From contig NC_090393.1 in the NCBI RefSeq assembly GCF_036365525.1, positions 7,347,572-7,411,571 on the forward strand: a DNA stretch of 64,000 nucleotides. The letters run 5' to 3'. The notes beneath the pieces are model-generated. The model saw nothing but the letters and a program-made list of their open reading frames with translations. It made no database searches and was not told where the DNA came from. Every line of letters starts with the position of its first letter. The first letter of the stretch is position 1. Shown here in pieces: positions 12,205 through 23,697 of this stretch. The position numbers were made by a program, and so were the translations under genes. This DNA is from Heterodontus francisci. Taxonomy: Eukaryota.

Positions 12205-12615
12205 TGTGAAAGAAAGATCTTGCGTTTATAAAGCACCTTATCATGTTTCTCAGAAACATCACAAAACACTTCACCTACAAACATTCACTTGGTGAAGTGC
12301 AGTCATTGTTGCTGTCTAGATAAAGGAGCCTCTATTTTGCACACAGCAAGATCCCACAAGCGGAAAATGCATTGAATGGTGGATAGAGGAAGAAATGTGA
12401 ACCATTGACTTCGATTAATACCACACGATCTTTTACATCCACCTGAAGTGAACAGACGGGGCCCCGGTTTAATCCTTCATCCAAAAGGCAGCACCTCTGA
12501 CAGTACAGCAATCCCTCAGTACCGCAGTCCGACATTAACCTAGATTTATGCTGTTAAGTCAAGCTAGAATTCATACCCTCTGACTCAGGGGCAAGAGTAC
12601 CACTCGCTAAACCAA
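12205..12615 (-). mobile_element. SacSINE1-like SINE, near full length
   Basis: Tail, Deu-like core and tRNA head are all recognisable. Confidence 0.75.
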
Positions 12616-12809
12616 TATGAACATATAGGCTGCCAATTCCAACCGCATTCTCAGAACAGTTAACCCTACTCAGGGGAAGCTTAAAATGTGCCCAGGGAAT
12701 CTGATTGCCCCATTGCCAATTTGTAAACTCAGTCTAACACCACTTTAGTTTAATAATTCATAAGATTTAAACCCAAGGGCTGTGAAGTGATCTCGTCCAG
12801 GGGTCTCAC

Positions 12810-12921
12810 ATCATCTCCTCCAGGCCTAAATCCCGAGCTGTCTCATGGTAAAACTTTGCCCACATTCTGCTGATGCTTAACTCCAGTACCAATGCACTTG
12901 AAGCATAGTGTGGGCTTGCTT
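12810..12921 (-). other. Candidate exon of an unidentified gene
   Basis: Acceptor tttcttttacattattctgcctcag, donor gtgaga, one open frame (ASPHYASSALVLELSISRMWAKFYHETARDLGLEEM); no family recognised. Confidence 0.2.
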
Positions 12922-12949
12922 CTGAGGCAGAATAATGTAAAAGAAAGCC

Positions 12950-13150
12950 AAATATGTATCCCTCAACCAACATCACTGAAAAAAACCAGATTATCTGATC
13001 ATTATCATATTGCTGTTGATGGGAGCTTGCTGTGTGCAAATTGACTGCTGTATTTCCTGCATTGCAACACTTCAAATGCACTTCCTTGACTGCAAAACAC
13101 TTTAAGAAGTCCTGAGGTTTTGTAAGGCACTATATAAATGCAAGTTTTTT
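12950..13150 (+). mobile_element. SacSINE1-like SINE, 3' half
   Basis: atccctcaaccaacatcactg...gcactatataaatgcaagt. Confidence 0.8.
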
Positions 13151-13845
13151 CTCTGGAATACTATTTAAAAAAGGACTTTCTGTTGCAAGCACAACTTGTA
13201 CTGAGGATAAAGGGTTTTTAGGCACGTGTCCGTGGTGTGACGGTTTTAATATATGTGTTTTGACTGAGTGTGAGGGAGTCTGTCATTCTGCTACACAGCA
13301 CTAGTTGCACTCTGATAATCAATCAGCTCTGGTTCGATGCCAGACTGAAATGACTTGATAAACACACAGTCAAGCTTCAGCTGTCATTAACAGGGATTAA
13401 TTCAGAATAAAAAGGCTACGGCACGTGAAGCACATTAAAGTATTTGGAGACTTCCTCAGCAGCTGGACAGCTTTCCAGAGTAATTATTGCATAGAACAGT
13501 CCGATTGATTCAAAAATAAAATCGGATTCCTTTCTCAGCAACACAGAATGTTTTATAGTTATACACAGTGAGGTTCGGAATCCATGCACCCCCCCACACC
13601 CCACCCCATACCCCCCTCCACACTCAGGCCAGTCCCCTTGAAGTTGCTTTCGGGTTTTAGGTCAGTTAGAAGGTAAATTGTCAGCAAAAAAGCAATAACT
13701 CATAAATTCAAAATTGCAGGCTGACTTTGATTTTGTGCATTACAATTGAGTCACATTTGGCAAATGATTAACTTTCACATCTCCATATTCTTAATCACCT
13801 GGAAATGACTGCAAATGATGTCATTGGATGACAATAGCCTGGGAA

Positions 13846-16304
13846 CTCCGTAATATCATTAGTAGCATTCCTAATAATGAACATTTGTCCCTGCTGGGGG
13901 ACTTTAACGCCAGGGTTGGAGCCGACCATGACTCATGGCCCTCCTGCCTTGGGCGCTATGGCATTGGAAGGATGAATGAGAATGGACAGAGACTGCTTGA
14001 GTTGTGTACCTATCATAACCTCTGCATCACCAACTCGTTCTTTCACACTAAACCCTGTCACCAGGTTTCATGAAGACACTCAAGATCACGTCGTTGGCGC
14101 CAGCTAGACCTCATCGTCACAAGGCGAGCCTCCTTAAACAGTGTTCAAATCACACGCAGCTTCCACAGTGCGGACTGTGACATCGACCACTCCCTGGTGT
14201 GCAGCAAGGTTAGACTCAAACCAAAGAAGTTACATCACTCCAAGCAGAAGGGCCACCCGCGCATCAACACAAGCAGAATTTCTCACCCACAGCTGTCACA
14301 AAAGTTTCTCAATTCACTTGAAAAAGCCAATCAAAACACTCCTGCAGGGGATGCAGAGGACCAAGTGGGCCCACATCAGAGATGCCATCTATGATTCAGC
14401 AATGACCACCTATGGAAAATGTGAGATGCAGAATGCAGACTGGTTTCAATCTCATTTTGAAGAGATGGAACCTGTCATAGCCACTAAGCGCACTGCACTG
14501 TTGAACGACAAGAAAGCCCCCAGCGAGTTAACATCCTTAGCATTTAAAGCCACCAGAAGCACTGCGCAAAGAAAAGCTAGGCACTGTGCAGACGACTACT
14601 GGCAACACCTTTGCAGTCATATTCAGCTGTCCTCCGACACCGGAGATATCAGAGGAATGTATGACGGCATTAAGGGAGCTTTTGAGCCAACCATCAGGAA
14701 GATTGCTCCCCTCAAGTATAACTCAGAGGACACAATCACTGACCAAGGCAAGCAAATGGACCGATGGGTGGAGCACTACCTAGGACTGTACTCCAGGGAA
14801 AATGTTGTCACTGAGACCACCCTCAATACAGCCCAGTCTCTGCCAGTCATGGATGAGCTGGACATACAGCCAACAAAATCGGAACTCAGTGATGCCATCG
14901 ATTCTCTAGCCAGTGGAAAAGCCCCTGGAAAGGACAGCATTACCCCTGAAATAATCAAGAGTGCCAAGCCTGCTATACTTTCAGCACTCTACGAACTGCT
15001 TTGCCTGTGCTGGGATGAGGGAGCAGTACCACAGGACATGCACGATGCCAATATCATCACCCTCTATAAGAACAAGGGCGACTGCAGTGACTGCAACAAC
15101 TACCATGTAATCTCCCTGCTCAGCATAGTGGGGAAAGTCTTTGCCTGAGTCGTTTTAAACAGAAGCTGGCTGAGCATGTCTACCCTGAGGCACAGTACAG
15201 TTTTCAAGCAGAGAGATCCACCATTGACATGCTGTTTTCCCTTCGCCAGCTACAGGAGAAATGTCGCAAACAACAGATGCCCCTCTACGATGCTTTCATA
15301 GATCTCACCAAAGCCTTTGACCTCATCAGCAGATGTGGTCTCTTCAGACTACTAGCAAAGATCAAATGCCCATCAAAGCTACTAAGTATCATCACCTCAT
15401 TCCATGACAATATGAAAGGCACAATTCAGCATAGCCTCATCAGACCCCTTTCCTATCTTGAGTGGCGTGAAACAGGGCTGTATTCTCGCACCTACACTGT
15501 TTGGGATCTTCTTCTCCCTGCTGCTCTCACATGCGTTCAAGTCTTCAGAAGAAGGAATTTCCCTCCACACAAGCTCAGTTGTTCAGACTGGCCAAGAGAG
15601 TGTGGGAAAATGGCGCACTAACACAGAACACAAAAGTCCGAGTGTATCAAGCCTGTGTCCTCAGTACCTTGCTCTACGGCAGCGAGGCCTGGACAACGGA
15701 TGTCAGCCAAGAGCGACGTCTCAATTCATTCCAGCTTTGCTGCCTCCGGAGAATCCTTGGCATCAGGTGGCAGGACCGTATCTCCAACACAGAAGTCCTC
15801 GAGGTGGCCAACACCCCCAGCTTATACACAGTACTGAGTCAGCAGCGCTTGAGATGGCTTGGCCATGTGAGCCGCATGGAAGATGGCAGGATCCCCAAAG
15901 ACACATTGTACAGCGAGCTCGCCACTGGTATCAGACTCACCGGCCGTCCATGTCTCCGTTTTAAAGACGTCTGCAAACGTGACATGAAGTCCTGCGACAT
16001 TGATCACAAGTTGTGGGAGTCATTTGCCAGCGATCGCCAGAGCTAGCCGTCAGCCATAAAGGTGGGGCTAAAGTGTGGCAAGTGGAAGAGACTTAGCAGT
16101 TGGCAGGAAAAAAAGACAGAAGTGCAAGGGGAGAGCCAACTGCGTAACAGCCCCGACAACCAATTTTATCTGCAGCACCTGTGGAAGAGTCTGTCACTCT
16201 AGAATTGGCCTTTATAGCCACTCCAGGCGCTGCTTCACCAACCACTGACCACCTCTAGGCGCTTACCCATTGTCTCTCGAGACAAGGAGGCCAAAGAAGA
16301 AAGA
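13846..16304 (+). mobile_element. RTE-clade LINE, 2.46 kb (endonuclease end plus RT), internally deleted, 10-bp TSD
   Basis: LLGDFNARVG (APE), GKAPGKDSI, FIDLTKAFD, GVKQGCILAP (RT); several stops and frameshifts; TSD agcctgggaa at 13836-13845 and 16305-16314. Confidence 0.95.
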
Positions 16305-16939
16305 AGCCTGGGAATGACTCAAAGTAACTTTCTGGGTCTTGCCTGGCTGTTGTGTTGCTGGAAAGTTTATTTTCTTTAAGACTTTAAGGTGCTGCTGCTT
16401 TTCTGGACACGGAGGGTGTTCCACAGGATCAACAGTTTCCAGGAGTGATCCTGCCACTATCTTTGCAAATTGTCAGTGTTTGGTAAACAATTTGGAGTAA
16501 ATGGGTTTTACTTACATTTTAAAAATACACCCACATTTACACTTAGGGTTACAGCAGGTGACAAAATCCTGAAAAATGACACAACTGCACTGTTCGAAGT
16601 TTAAAATATTCATGGAGGGGAAGCCTACACAGTCCTGCCCACCACTCCTCATCGACTAAAATTCAACATCACGGCTTCTGCACTGAAATGTAGGTAGTTT
16701 CTATATCTTCATTGCTGCTATAAATGTATGACTACTGTTTGGGTTACGACAATCCCATGCCTCACTGCACTTTCTGTGTAATTGTTTCTCTTCACTTGTC
16801 ATAAGTTCCACACTGAGTGCTGTTGTTGTGATGTCAGCAGTTTTGGGGTTGTTTGTTGGTGAATTTGTTGGTCAGCTTTCTCTGGTCTCCTCGGCTGATA
16901 GAGAATCTTTGTATTCTACACCTCTAGTTAGAAAATGCA

Positions 16940-17355
16940 AAGAATGCATTTATATAGCACCTCTCTTGGCCTTGGGATGTCCCAAAGCGCTCTATGGCCA
17001 ATGAAATACTTTTTGAAGTGCAGTCATTGCTGGAATGTAGGGAAACATGCCAGTCAATGTGCACACAGCAAGATCCCACAAACAGCAATGAGATAAATGA
17101 CCAGATTATCTGCTTGCTGGTGTTGGCTGAGGGATTACTATTGACCAGGATTGCAGTACGGCCCCTCTGCTCTTTTTTGAATAGTGCCATGACATCTTTT
17201 ACACTCATCTGAGAGGGAAGAGTCAGTTTAACATTTCACATGAAAGACAGAACCTCAGCAATGCACTGGCTGTGTCAATCTGAATTCTGTGCTCAAGTCT
17301 CTGGGGTAGGAATTGAACCCACAACCTTCTGACTCAGAGGTGAGAGTGCTGCTCA
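16940..17355 (-). mobile_element. SacSINE1-like SINE
   Basis: Tail gcatttatatagcacc through head ttctgactcagaggtgagagtgct. Confidence 0.8.
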
Positions 17356-17458
17356 GGTGCCCTTGGGGATGTGGTGGGATGGGGGTGGGGGGGGTTGGTG
17401 GTGGAGGAGGGATGGGGAGGACAGGGCCTCCATTGCTGATCCTACATGAGCCACTGAT

Positions 17459-17697
17459 AGTGGTTGCCAACCCTCCAGGGATGGCCTGCAGTCTCCAGGA
17501 ACTGAAGGCTCCCGGGCCCTGCTTTCAGCAAAAGCCTGAGTGTAAAATTGTGTGTGCTTTTTCATTTTCGTTGTGCCCGGTATGAGTTATGATAAAGATC
17601 GGAGATGGATTTAAAGCAAGACTGGTCTGGGTGGTGGAAGGTAGGAGGTCATGTGCTGAAGTCTCCAGGAATACGTCCAATCACAGTTGGCAACACT
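17459..17697. mobile_element. Small non-autonomous DNA transposon, hAT-Blackjack-like termini
   Basis: Imperfect terminal inverted repeats agtggttgccaac...gttggcaacact; related remnant at about 23750-23840. Confidence 0.5.
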
Positions 17698-17745
17698 CGC
17701 CTGACGAGCTTGCCCGGCCACTTCCCAGAGACTGGGGATTTAAAC

Positions 17746-18585
17746 TACCCTCCCCCAGCCCCGCCCCCTGCCCCGCCCCTGCCCCCACCACTACCCCATC
17801 CCCCCCCCACCATCCCCATCCCCTCCCCCACCCTCAGCCCCTCCCTCTCCCCATCCCCATCCATACACCCTCCCCGACTCCAACCCCACCCCTCCCCACC
17901 CCCGATCCACCCCCTCCCTCTTCCCCACTGCTGCCACAGGCCCCGCCCCTTTCCCATCCCCCTCCCCCGCTCCTAAGCCCACCCCCACCCCCCTCTCCCC
18001 CTCCCCACCCTCACCCTCACTCCCCTCCCCTCCCCTGCCCCAGCTACTGCCCCCTTCCCCCTCCCCTCCCCCATCCCCACCCCCTCCCTCTCCCCCTCCC
18101 CAACCCCACCCCCTCCATCTCCCCCTCCCCGCCCCCACCCCCTCCTCCTCCCCCACACCTGCCCAAGCTACCGCCCCCTTCCCCCTCCCCCACCCCCTTC
18201 CTCTCCCCCTCCCCACCCTCCCTCTCCCACACCCCCACTCCAGCTTCCATCCCCACCCCGCCCAAGCCCCTGCCCTCTCCCCTTCCCCCACCCACTTCCC
18301 TGCCCCCTCCACGCCCCCTCCCTTCCCCCACCCCCTCCCCGAACCCAGCACCCGCCCCCTCGCCCACCCCCACCCCCACCCCTGCCCCCACCCCCACCAC
18401 CGCTCACACCCCAGCCCCAGCCCCCTCGTCCTGCCCCACCCTCTCCCCTGCCCCCTCCATCTCCCTCTCCCCCACCCCCACCCTCTCCCCTGCCCCCTCC
18501 ATCTCCCTCTCCCCCACCCCCACCCCTATCCTCGCCTCCACCCTTGCCTCCACCCCCACCACCGCCCCCACCCCTGTCCCTCCCC
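17746..18585 (+). repeat. C-rich low-complexity tract (G-quadruplex-prone on the minus strand)
   Basis: Runs of C3-C9 separated by 1-2 nt; explains the Pro/Gly-rich ORFs. Confidence 0.95.
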
Positions 18586-19114
18586 AGAGATGTCTACCCA
18601 CTTACCTTCCTCAGGCAAATAGTCAACCCATGCACAGCATCTAAGAATTCACCAGAGAAAGATTATCCTTTTGTTTTCAGCAGCTAATTCAATATCTAAC
18701 ACAGGAGAAGCAGGAACTCGACACTCTTCACTTCCACCATTGGCCACAAACTGATTGCCCAGAAACAGACTGTGATTAATGCTGATATTCTGAAATTCAG
18801 TTCGATGTTACTCACCATCACCCCACTCCCCACCCCATAACAGAATTATGCTGCCTTAGCCTATTGCAGAGATCTGAGGCAGGTGCGAACTTGCCATTTA
18901 TCAAAAATTGACAACCTAAATTCTTGCTTTTCCGAGAAATTCAGCTCACGATGGTGTTGGGTCATGTCCAAAAAACTGGCAAAAATGCGTTAGCAAAGTG
19001 AGCAGGGCTTGTGTTACTATTGCAAGGAGGATATATTTTCCAATGAAACTTATGGGACAGACACGACAGATAATTAATCACCAGTGCTCAGCAGGAAATG
19101 GAATTATTACTACC

Positions 19115-19891
19115 TCTGTACTGAGGAGTGCTGCATTGTTGGAGCGTCAGTACTGAGGGAGTGCTGCACTGTCAGAGGGGCAGTACTGAGGGAGTGCTGC
19201 ACTGTCGGAGGGGCAGTACTGAGGGAGTGCTGCACTGTCAGAGGGGTAGTACTGAGGGAGTGCTGCACTGTCGGAGGGGCAGTACTGAGGGAGTGCTGCA
19301 CTGTCGGAGGGGCAGTACTGAAGGAGTGCTGCACTGTCGGAGGGTCAGTACTGAGGGAGTGCTGCACTGTCGGAGGGTCAGTACTGAGGGAGTGCTGCAC
19401 TGTCGGAGGGGCAGTACTGAGGGAGTGCTGCACTGTCAGAGGGTCAGTACTGAGGGAGTGCTGCACTGTCAGAGGGGTAGTACTGAGGGAGTGCTGCACT
19501 GTCGGAGGGGCAGTACTGAGGGAGTGCTGCACTGTCGGAGGGGCAGTACTGAGGGAGTGCTGCACTGTCGGAGGGTCAGTACTGAGGGAGTGCTGCACTG
19601 TCAGAGGGTCAGTATTGAGGGAACGCTGCACTGTCAGAGGGTCAGTACTGAGGGAGTGCTGCACTGTCAGAGGGTCAGTATTGAGGGAGCGCTGCACTGT
19701 CAGAGGGTCAGTACTTAGGGAGCGCTGCACTGTCAGAGGGTGAGTACTGAGGGAGTGCTGTACTGTCGGAGGGGCAGTACTGAGGGAGCGCTGCACTGTC
19801 AGAGGGTCAGTACTGAGGGAGCGCTGCACTGTCAGAGGGTCAGTACTGAGGGAGCGCTGCACTGCCAGAGGGGCAGTACTGAGGGAGTGCT
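19115..19891 (+). repeat. 33-bp minisatellite (about 23 copies) derived from the SINE body
   Basis: Unit gtactgagggagtgctgcactgtc(a/g)gaggg(g/t)ca matches the SINE segment at 20431-20460. Confidence 0.95.
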
Positions 19892-20140
19892 GCTACTATT
19901 TTGAAGAAGAGCAGGGGACCCTTGTGTCCTGGGCCAATATTTAACCCTCAGCCAACATCACCAAAACCAAATAATCTGGTCGTTATCACATTGTTGTTTG
20001 TGGGATTTTGCTGTGCACAAATTGACTGCTATATTTCCTACATTTAACAGTGACTACACTTCAAAAAAGTACTTCATTGGCTGTTAAGTGCTTCGGGAGG
20101 TCCTGAGGTGAAAGGTGCTATATAAATGCAAGTCTTGCTT
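19892..20140 (+). mobile_element. 3' half of the SacSINE1-like copy hosting the 33-bp array
   Basis: actattttgaagaagagcagggg...gctatataaatgcaagtc. Confidence 0.85.
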
Positions 20141-20309
20141 TCTTTTAAAAGTTTGACTCAGAACATTTATTGGCATTGAAGAATTCCTGGAAAGAGGCCC
20201 ATCAAAGTTACACTGGTGTTTATCATGAGGCACCTGACTAATCCCATGCTCCTTCTCACCCTGCATACCCTTTCCTCTCTTTCAAAAGCAATTTAATTCT
20301 CCTTGCTGG

Positions 20310-20700
20310 CAGTCAGCTGTGGCTGAGGACATATCTGTAGGTAACAGTCTTGCCTTTAACTCAGAAGTTTACCAGTTTAAGCCCCACTCCAGAGATTTGA
20401 GTATAAAATCCAGGCTGATGCTCCTAGAGCAGTACTGAGGGTGTGCTGCACTGTCAGAGGTGCTGCCTTTCAGGTGTGATGTTAAATTGAGTCCTTGTCC
20501 AACCTCTCAGATGGATGTCAAAGATCCTGTGACTCTATTTTGTAGGAGAGTTCTCCTTAGTGTCCTGGCCAATTTTTATCCTTCAGCCAACATCACTGAA
20601 AACAGATGATCTAGCACTTCAATAAACTACTTCACAGGCTGGAGAGTGCTTTGAGACATCCTGAGGTTGTGAAAGGCTCTATATAAATGCAAGCTCTTCT
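20310..20700 (+). mobile_element. SacSINE1-like SINE, near full length
   Basis: gtcagctgtggctga head, Deu-like core, tail. Confidence 0.85.
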
Positions 20701-21857
20701 TGTGAGTGCAGTGTGTTTCAGGTAAGGCAGGGGGAGCCAATGTACCTTGTCTGAAACATTCAGCTCTGGGTGCGGTCAGTCCACAAATCATCTTCCCAGA
20801 CAAGTTGTCAAGGAGATGAAGGAAGTAACTGCTGGATAAAGGGTGTGCGACGGGGCAAGAAATAATCTGGGGAGCGAGTGGTAGTAACAGTGATGATCCG
20901 TGAGCTGCTTACAGACATGGACCTGAACACTGAAACTAAAACATGTTTAATTCGCAAACAAGTTGGATTGCGGGAGGCTTTCTCTATACTGGTCCACAGG
21001 TCTCACAAACTTAGCATCCAGCATTCAACACTTACCAGGAAATGATCATTCAGGACTAAATTACAATTCCAGACAGATTCCGCGCGCCCCCCCCCCCCAC
21101 CCCCCACCCAGTTCCTGGGGTCAGAATTCTGACCTTTCAGTGTTTTGGTTATTGGAATCCCCTCCGTGTGCTCCCTGCGATTCTAGCATAACTTGGAGAA
21201 GAAAGGTCAAACAGTGAATAGCCTTTTGGGGATTTGTAGCGGTTTTGGATGTTGCCATCCTTTCGGTGGGCTGTTTCGCATTTGATCCAGAGACACAAAG
21301 CCGAAGGCAAATGCTCTCCAAACCCTGTCTACTCGCTTTAACTATCTGTAGTTGTGTTCGTACAGAGTGCAGTGTGTTGAAAATCAGTGTGTGTTGGTGA
21401 TTTGTCATTCAGAGCAGGGGGCCATTACTCAATCATTCAATAATTAATTCAACCAGTCGGACGTTATTAATTAGTGCAGTTAATGATTTTTCTGAATGTC
21501 TTTTTCTCATGGATTTCTCTCCCTGCGATTTTGTGTCGATTTTAGATTATTTACAGCACTGAAACAGGCCATTTGGCCCCTCTGTTCCATACTGGTTTTT
21601 ATGCTCCAGACGAACCTCCTCCCACCCCTCTTCATCTCACCCTATCAGCATATCCTTCTAATTATGTCCCTGTGTTTATGACTCCCCAAATAAAGGAAAT
21701 AGTTTCTCTGTATTGGAGACTGGCCTGCGGCCTGATTGCAGACAAGCCACTCCAGCTCCCCTGTTACCCAGATCTGCACTCAGTTTCGGAGCTGGGAGGA
21801 CGTTCTCACAAACATTCCCACCTGTTCCTACATCTGATGGCGGATGCTCGGTGGGAA

Positions 21858-22107
21858 GGGCAGCACTCTCACCTCCAAGCCGGGGGGGGGGGGGTGGTGG
21901 TGGTGGGCAGCACTCTCACCTCCAAGCCAGGGGGGGGCAGCACTCTCACCTCCAAGCCAGGGGGGGGCAGCACTCTCACCTCCAAGCCAGGGGGGGGCAG
22001 CACTCTCACCTCCACGCCAGGGGGGGCAGCACTCTCACCTCCAAGCCAGGGGGGGCAGCACTCTCACCTCCGAGCCAGGGGGGGCAGCACTCTCACCTCC
22101 GAGCCAG
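21858..22107 (+). repeat. 29-30-bp minisatellite (8 copies) derived from the SINE tRNA head
   Basis: Unit gggggggcagcactctcacctccaagcca resembles the head segment ggtagcactctcacctctgagtca. Confidence 0.9.
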
Positions 22108-22146
22108 AAAACCAAGACCTGGGCACAAAATTCACACAGATACTCC

Positions 22147-23295
22147 AGTGCTGCACCGAGGGAATTCTGTACAGCAGGAATGCTGCACTGAGGAAACACT
22201 GCATCAAGGGAATGCTGCACCGAGAGAATGCTGCACTGAGGGAACACTGCACTGAATAAACGCTGCACCGAGGGAACGCTGCACCAAGGGAATGCTGCAC
22301 TGAGGGAATACTGCACCGAAGGAACACTGCACTGAATAAACGCTGCACCGAGGGAACGCTGCACCAAGGGAATGCTGCACTGAGGGAATACTGCACCGAA
22401 GGAACACTGCACTGAATAAACGCTGCACCGAGGGAATGCTGCATTGAGGGAATGCTGCACTGAGGGAATGCTGCATCAAGGGAATGCTGCACTGAGGGAA
22501 TGCTGCACTGAGGGAATGCTGCACCGAAGGAACACTGCACTGAATAAATGCTGCACCGAGGGAATGCTGCATCGAGGGAATGCTGCACTGAGGGAATGCT
22601 GCACTGAGGGAATGCTGCACTGAGGGAATGCTGCATCGAGGGAATGCTGCATTGAGGGAATGCTGCACTGAGGGAATGCTGCACTGAGGGAATGCTGCAC
22701 CGAAGGAACACTGCACTGAATAAATGCTGCACCGAGGGAATGCTGCATCGAGGGAATGCTGCACTGAGGGAATGCTGCACTGAGGGAATGCTGCACTGAG
22801 GGAATGCTGCATCGAGGGAATGCTGCATTGAGGGAATGCTGCACTGAGGGAATGCTGCACCGAAGGAACACTGCACTGAATAAATGCTGCACCGAGGGAA
22901 TGCTGCATCGAGGGAATGCTGCACTGAGGGAATGCTGCATCGAGGGAATGCTGCATCGAGGGAATGCTGCATCGAGGGAAAGCTGCACTGAAGGAACACT
23001 GCACTGAGGAAACGCTGCACTGAGGAAACGCTGCACTGAGGGAATTCTGTACGGAGGGAACGCTGCACTGAGGGAATTCTGTACGGAGAGAACGCTGCAC
23101 TGAGGGAATTCCGTACGGAGGGAACACTGCACCGAGGGAACGCTGAACAAAGGGAATTTGTATGGAGGGAATGCTGCACTGAGGGAGCACTGCACAGAGG
23201 GAATTCTGCACTGAGGGAAAGCTGTACTGAGGGAACGCTGCAATGAAGGAATGCTGCACCAAGGGAATGCTGCACTGAGGGAGAGCAGCACTGCC
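22147..23295 (+). repeat. 16-bp minisatellite (GAGGGAATGCTGCACT), about 70 copies, SINE-derived
   Basis: Directly visible; flanked by colinear SINE sequence at 22110-22146 and 23296-23330. Confidence 0.95.
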
Positions 23296-23559
23296 AGAGG
23301 GTCTGAGGGTCTTCTCTCAGGTGATGTTAACCCATCTGATGAAATCACATTTAGAGAAATCGCTGACTGGTTCATCATTGCCGGAATTCTGGTCCAGGAA
23401 GTTTCATTACATGACCTTCGACCTCCAACTGCCCTACCTCCATACTTCCACCATTGGTCTCCCAATGTGTCAATCAATAATTGCAGCTGCAATACTCACA
23501 ATGCATGGTGTTCCCGAAACCACCTAATCCATCGCATTGTTTCACTGGAGCATTATTGC

Positions 23560-23697
23560 ATTCCGGGCATCCAATCCTGGGTTGTCGATTCCCGGGCGTC
23601 TCGATCCCCGAGCGTCTCGATTTCCGGGCTTGTCGATTCCCGAGCGTTTCGATTCCCGGGTGTCTCAATTCCCGGGTGTCTCAATTCCTGGGCTTGT
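23560..23697 (+). repeat. CpG-rich 16-bp tandem repeat (tcgattcccgggcgtc), about 8 copies
   Basis: Directly visible. Confidence 0.85.

Noticed and set aside
16315-16460. Exon-like frame IVAGSLLETVDPVEHPP interrupted by the RTE
   Set aside because: Rejoining across the TSD reaches a stop within a few codons, and the acceptor is weak.
17589-18644. 351-aa proline-rich, extensin-like ORF and Gly-rich antisense ORFs
   Set aside because: C-rich low-complexity DNA lacks stops in every frame.
19084-19862. Cys-rich repeat protein (VLRECCTVGG)n or CRISPR-like array
   Set aside because: Head-to-tail SINE-derived 33-bp units with no unique spacers; eukaryotic context and no cas genes.
20746-20922. Minus-strand AG...GT segment with good splice signals
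   Set aside because: Stop codons in all three frames; at most a non-coding exon.
22035-23492. 338-403 aa ORFs on the minus strand
   Set aside because: Translations of the 16-bp array.
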